Assembly (NCBI GenBank): GCA_030704615.1 | Contig: CM060733.1 | Coordinates: forward strand, 39,308,001-39,372,000 | Source of the DNA: Takakia lepidozioides | Lineage: Eukaryota; Plantae; Bryophyta | DNA: 64,000 nucleotides | Direction of reading: 5' to 3' | In this document: positions 62,060 through 64,000 of the stretch, in pieces | How the letters are laid out: each line of letters opens with the position of its first letter | Numbering within the stretch: position 1 is the first letter of the stretch | Translations under genes and position numbers: made by a program | Notes under the pieces: generated by a model | Databases searched by the model: none | What the model was told of the DNA's origin: nothing | Seen by the model: the letters and a program-made list of their open reading frames with translations, nothing else

Positions 62060-63290
62060 CTCCTCGGATCGGCCATCTCTGGTGCGCTTCTACCTCTCCT
62101 GTTCTGGTAATGTACACTTGTTTTTCGGTTTTGGTGTTTGATCTTCTGGTGTTGGATTTTGGGGTGGAGAGCTGGATATGGAGTTTAGAGCTTGCGGAAT
62201 TGTTATCATCAGAGGAGGTTTGGTTAGCTGCTTGGAGAGCCATTTGGAATAAGCGCTTGTTGTTAGTTCTTCTACATTTGTTTCCGGTTTTGGTGTTTGG
62301 TCTTGTGTTGCTGGATTCTCGAGTGGAGAGCTGGATGTGGATTTTAGAGCTTGCGGAATTGTTATCAGGAGAGAGGAGTGGTTTGGTTAGCTGCTTGGAA
62401 AGCCATTTGGAATAAGCGCTTGTTGTTAGCTTTTCTACATTTGTTTCCGATTTTGGTGTTTGTCTTGTGTTGCTGGATTCTGGAGTGGAGAGCTGGATGT
62501 GGATGTTAGATCTTGTGGAATTGTTATCGGAGAGGAGTAGGTTAGTTAGCTGCTTGAAGAGCCTTTTAGAATCAACGTTTTGGTGTTAGTTCTTGTACAT
62601 TTGTTTTTGTCGTTGGTGTTTGATCTTCTGTTGTTGGATTTTGGAGCAGAGAGCTGGATATGGATGTTAGAGCTTGCGAAATTGATATCGGGAGAGGAGT
62701 AGGTTTGTTCGCTGCTTGAGGAGTCATTTAGAGTCCTCCTTTTGGTGTTAGTTCTTTGACATTTGCTTCCGTCTTTGGTGTCTGGTTGGGAGAACTTGCA
62801 TAATTTAAGTCGGGAGAGGAGTAGGTCTGCTTGAAGAGTCATCGCCTTCACCTGCACAGATCAGCCATCTCTGGTGCGGTTCTTTCTCTCTTTGTTCTGG
62901 TAATGTACACTTGTTTTCTGATCGTGGTGTTTGATCTTCTATTGTTGGATTTTGGAGAGGATAGCTGGATATGGATGGGTAGAGCTTGCACAATTGATAT
63001 GGGAAGAGTACGGAGTAGGTTTGTTAGCTGCTTCAGGAGTCATTTAGAGTCCACGTTTCGGTGTGAGTTCTTCGACATTTGCTGCTGTCTTTGGTGTCTG
63101 GTCCTGGATTCTTGGATTTGAAAACCGGATTTGGATTTGAGAACGTGCGCAATTTTATGTCGGGAGAGGAGAAGGTTTGTCATCTGCTTGAAGAGCTGTT
63201 TGGAGTCGACTTTTGTTGTGAAGTTGGTTCTTCGCCGATTTTTCCGTCTTTAGTGTTTGGTCTTGAGTTGTTGGAAAATACTTAAGTTGT
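62060..63290. repeat. Degenerate ~160-bp satellite-like tandem array
   Basis: Units ttttggtgtttgatcttctg..ggattttgga..gagagctggatatgg..agagcttgcg..ttagctgcttg start at ~62129, 62288, 62451, 62611, 62773 and again from ~62920. The leader block at 62067 is repeated at 62860. Confidence 0.85.
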
Positions 63291-63296
63291 TGGATT

Positions 63297-63890
63297 TACC
63301 TGGATTACTTGTTGGTTGTGCATCTAAACGTTTATCAGTTCGCCTTAGATAATACTTCCCTGTCAAGGTGCAAACATTACATAGCATGTAACTATTTCTC
63401 TATGGATTTTAGTGTCATAAATTACGACATACAACATCCTATTTATCACACACACACAAAGTTGGACAAAACTCAAAATTAGAGATTGAAAAGCTCCTTT
63501 GGTACATAGCGGCATTACCTTGGATGGATAGACATTTGCATGCACAGGCATGCAGGGACGCATACAGGTTTGTAAAGGTGGGCCTGTTATGCATGTGAAA
63601 TGGGTTTGTCCCAATACTTGCAGTGCTCACTGTATATTTTTGTTGTTTTGTTTTGTTTTGTTGGGTCAGCCAAGACCAGATCGATCTGGGCATCTTTAGT
63701 ATAAAGCTTGTGTAAGGCAAATCAAGAAAATGAGGGCCTCAACATACTTGTTTCACAAGGGACCTTGTCATATCATCTCAAAAGGAAGACCTCCATCAAG
63801 TTAGCATGCAAAGAGTCGCAGCAAGAGAGTACAGTTCCACTTGGAAGCTGTATTTGAAGGGTTATCACTTTCTACTTGAGCCCAGTTTTC
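63297..63890 (+). pseudogene. Chimeric duplicate of two non-adjacent pieces of the RRM gene (intron 44591-44935 + last exon/3'UTR 50220-50433)
   Basis: Near-identical alignment by eye of 63297-63640 to 44591-44935 and of 63663-63890 to 50220-50433, joined by a (gtttt)n linker. Confidence 0.9.
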
Positions 63891-64000
63891 ATCTTTTACT
63901 TTTTATGTTTTGTTTTACAGATCTGCAAAGTCATGCACTTCCGATCAGAGGGACATGAGATGAGATTAATGCCGTTGAACCTTAGTGGTTATATGGCAGA

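Noticed and set aside
61948-63285. Leu/Val/Trp-rich membrane-protein-like ORFs
   Set aside because: They are translations of the ~160-bp G/T-rich satellite.

Overview
Eukaryotic nuclear DNA with spliceosomal introns. Gene content (PLS-class PPRs, a soluble PAS-histidine kinase, cathepsin X) suggests a non-seed land plant of bryophyte/lycophyte/fern grade; this is an inference. From left to right: the last exon of a profilin; a shattered, pseudogenised locus in which OSB-type PDF ssDNA-binding motifs are joined to PLS-E PPR repeats (2.9-9.2 kb); decayed AT-rich DNA; a B-type cyclin with MSA promoter elements; a plastid-targeted LEA-like gene with an ABRE/RY promoter; a cathepsin X/Z-type protease (-); NBP35 (-); a perfect 38-bp hairpin; an intronless PAS hybrid histidine kinase (-); a 105-bp tandem array; a Mutator-like MITE; a two-RRM NSR/RBPMS-like gene; an 8.1-kb Ty3/gypsy-type retroelement (-); an intronless cytochrome c1; and a ~160-bp satellite followed by a chimeric copy of two pieces of the RRM gene. 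The standout is the retroelement. Its pol frame carries a DNMT3-like C5 cytosine methyltransferase in frame with RT, and its integrase ends in a PHD finger. It is bounded by a 4-bp TSD confirmed by a paralogous empty site, yet has no matching pair of LTRs. All calls come from reading motifs by eye; no database searches were run and internal exon boundaries are approximate.
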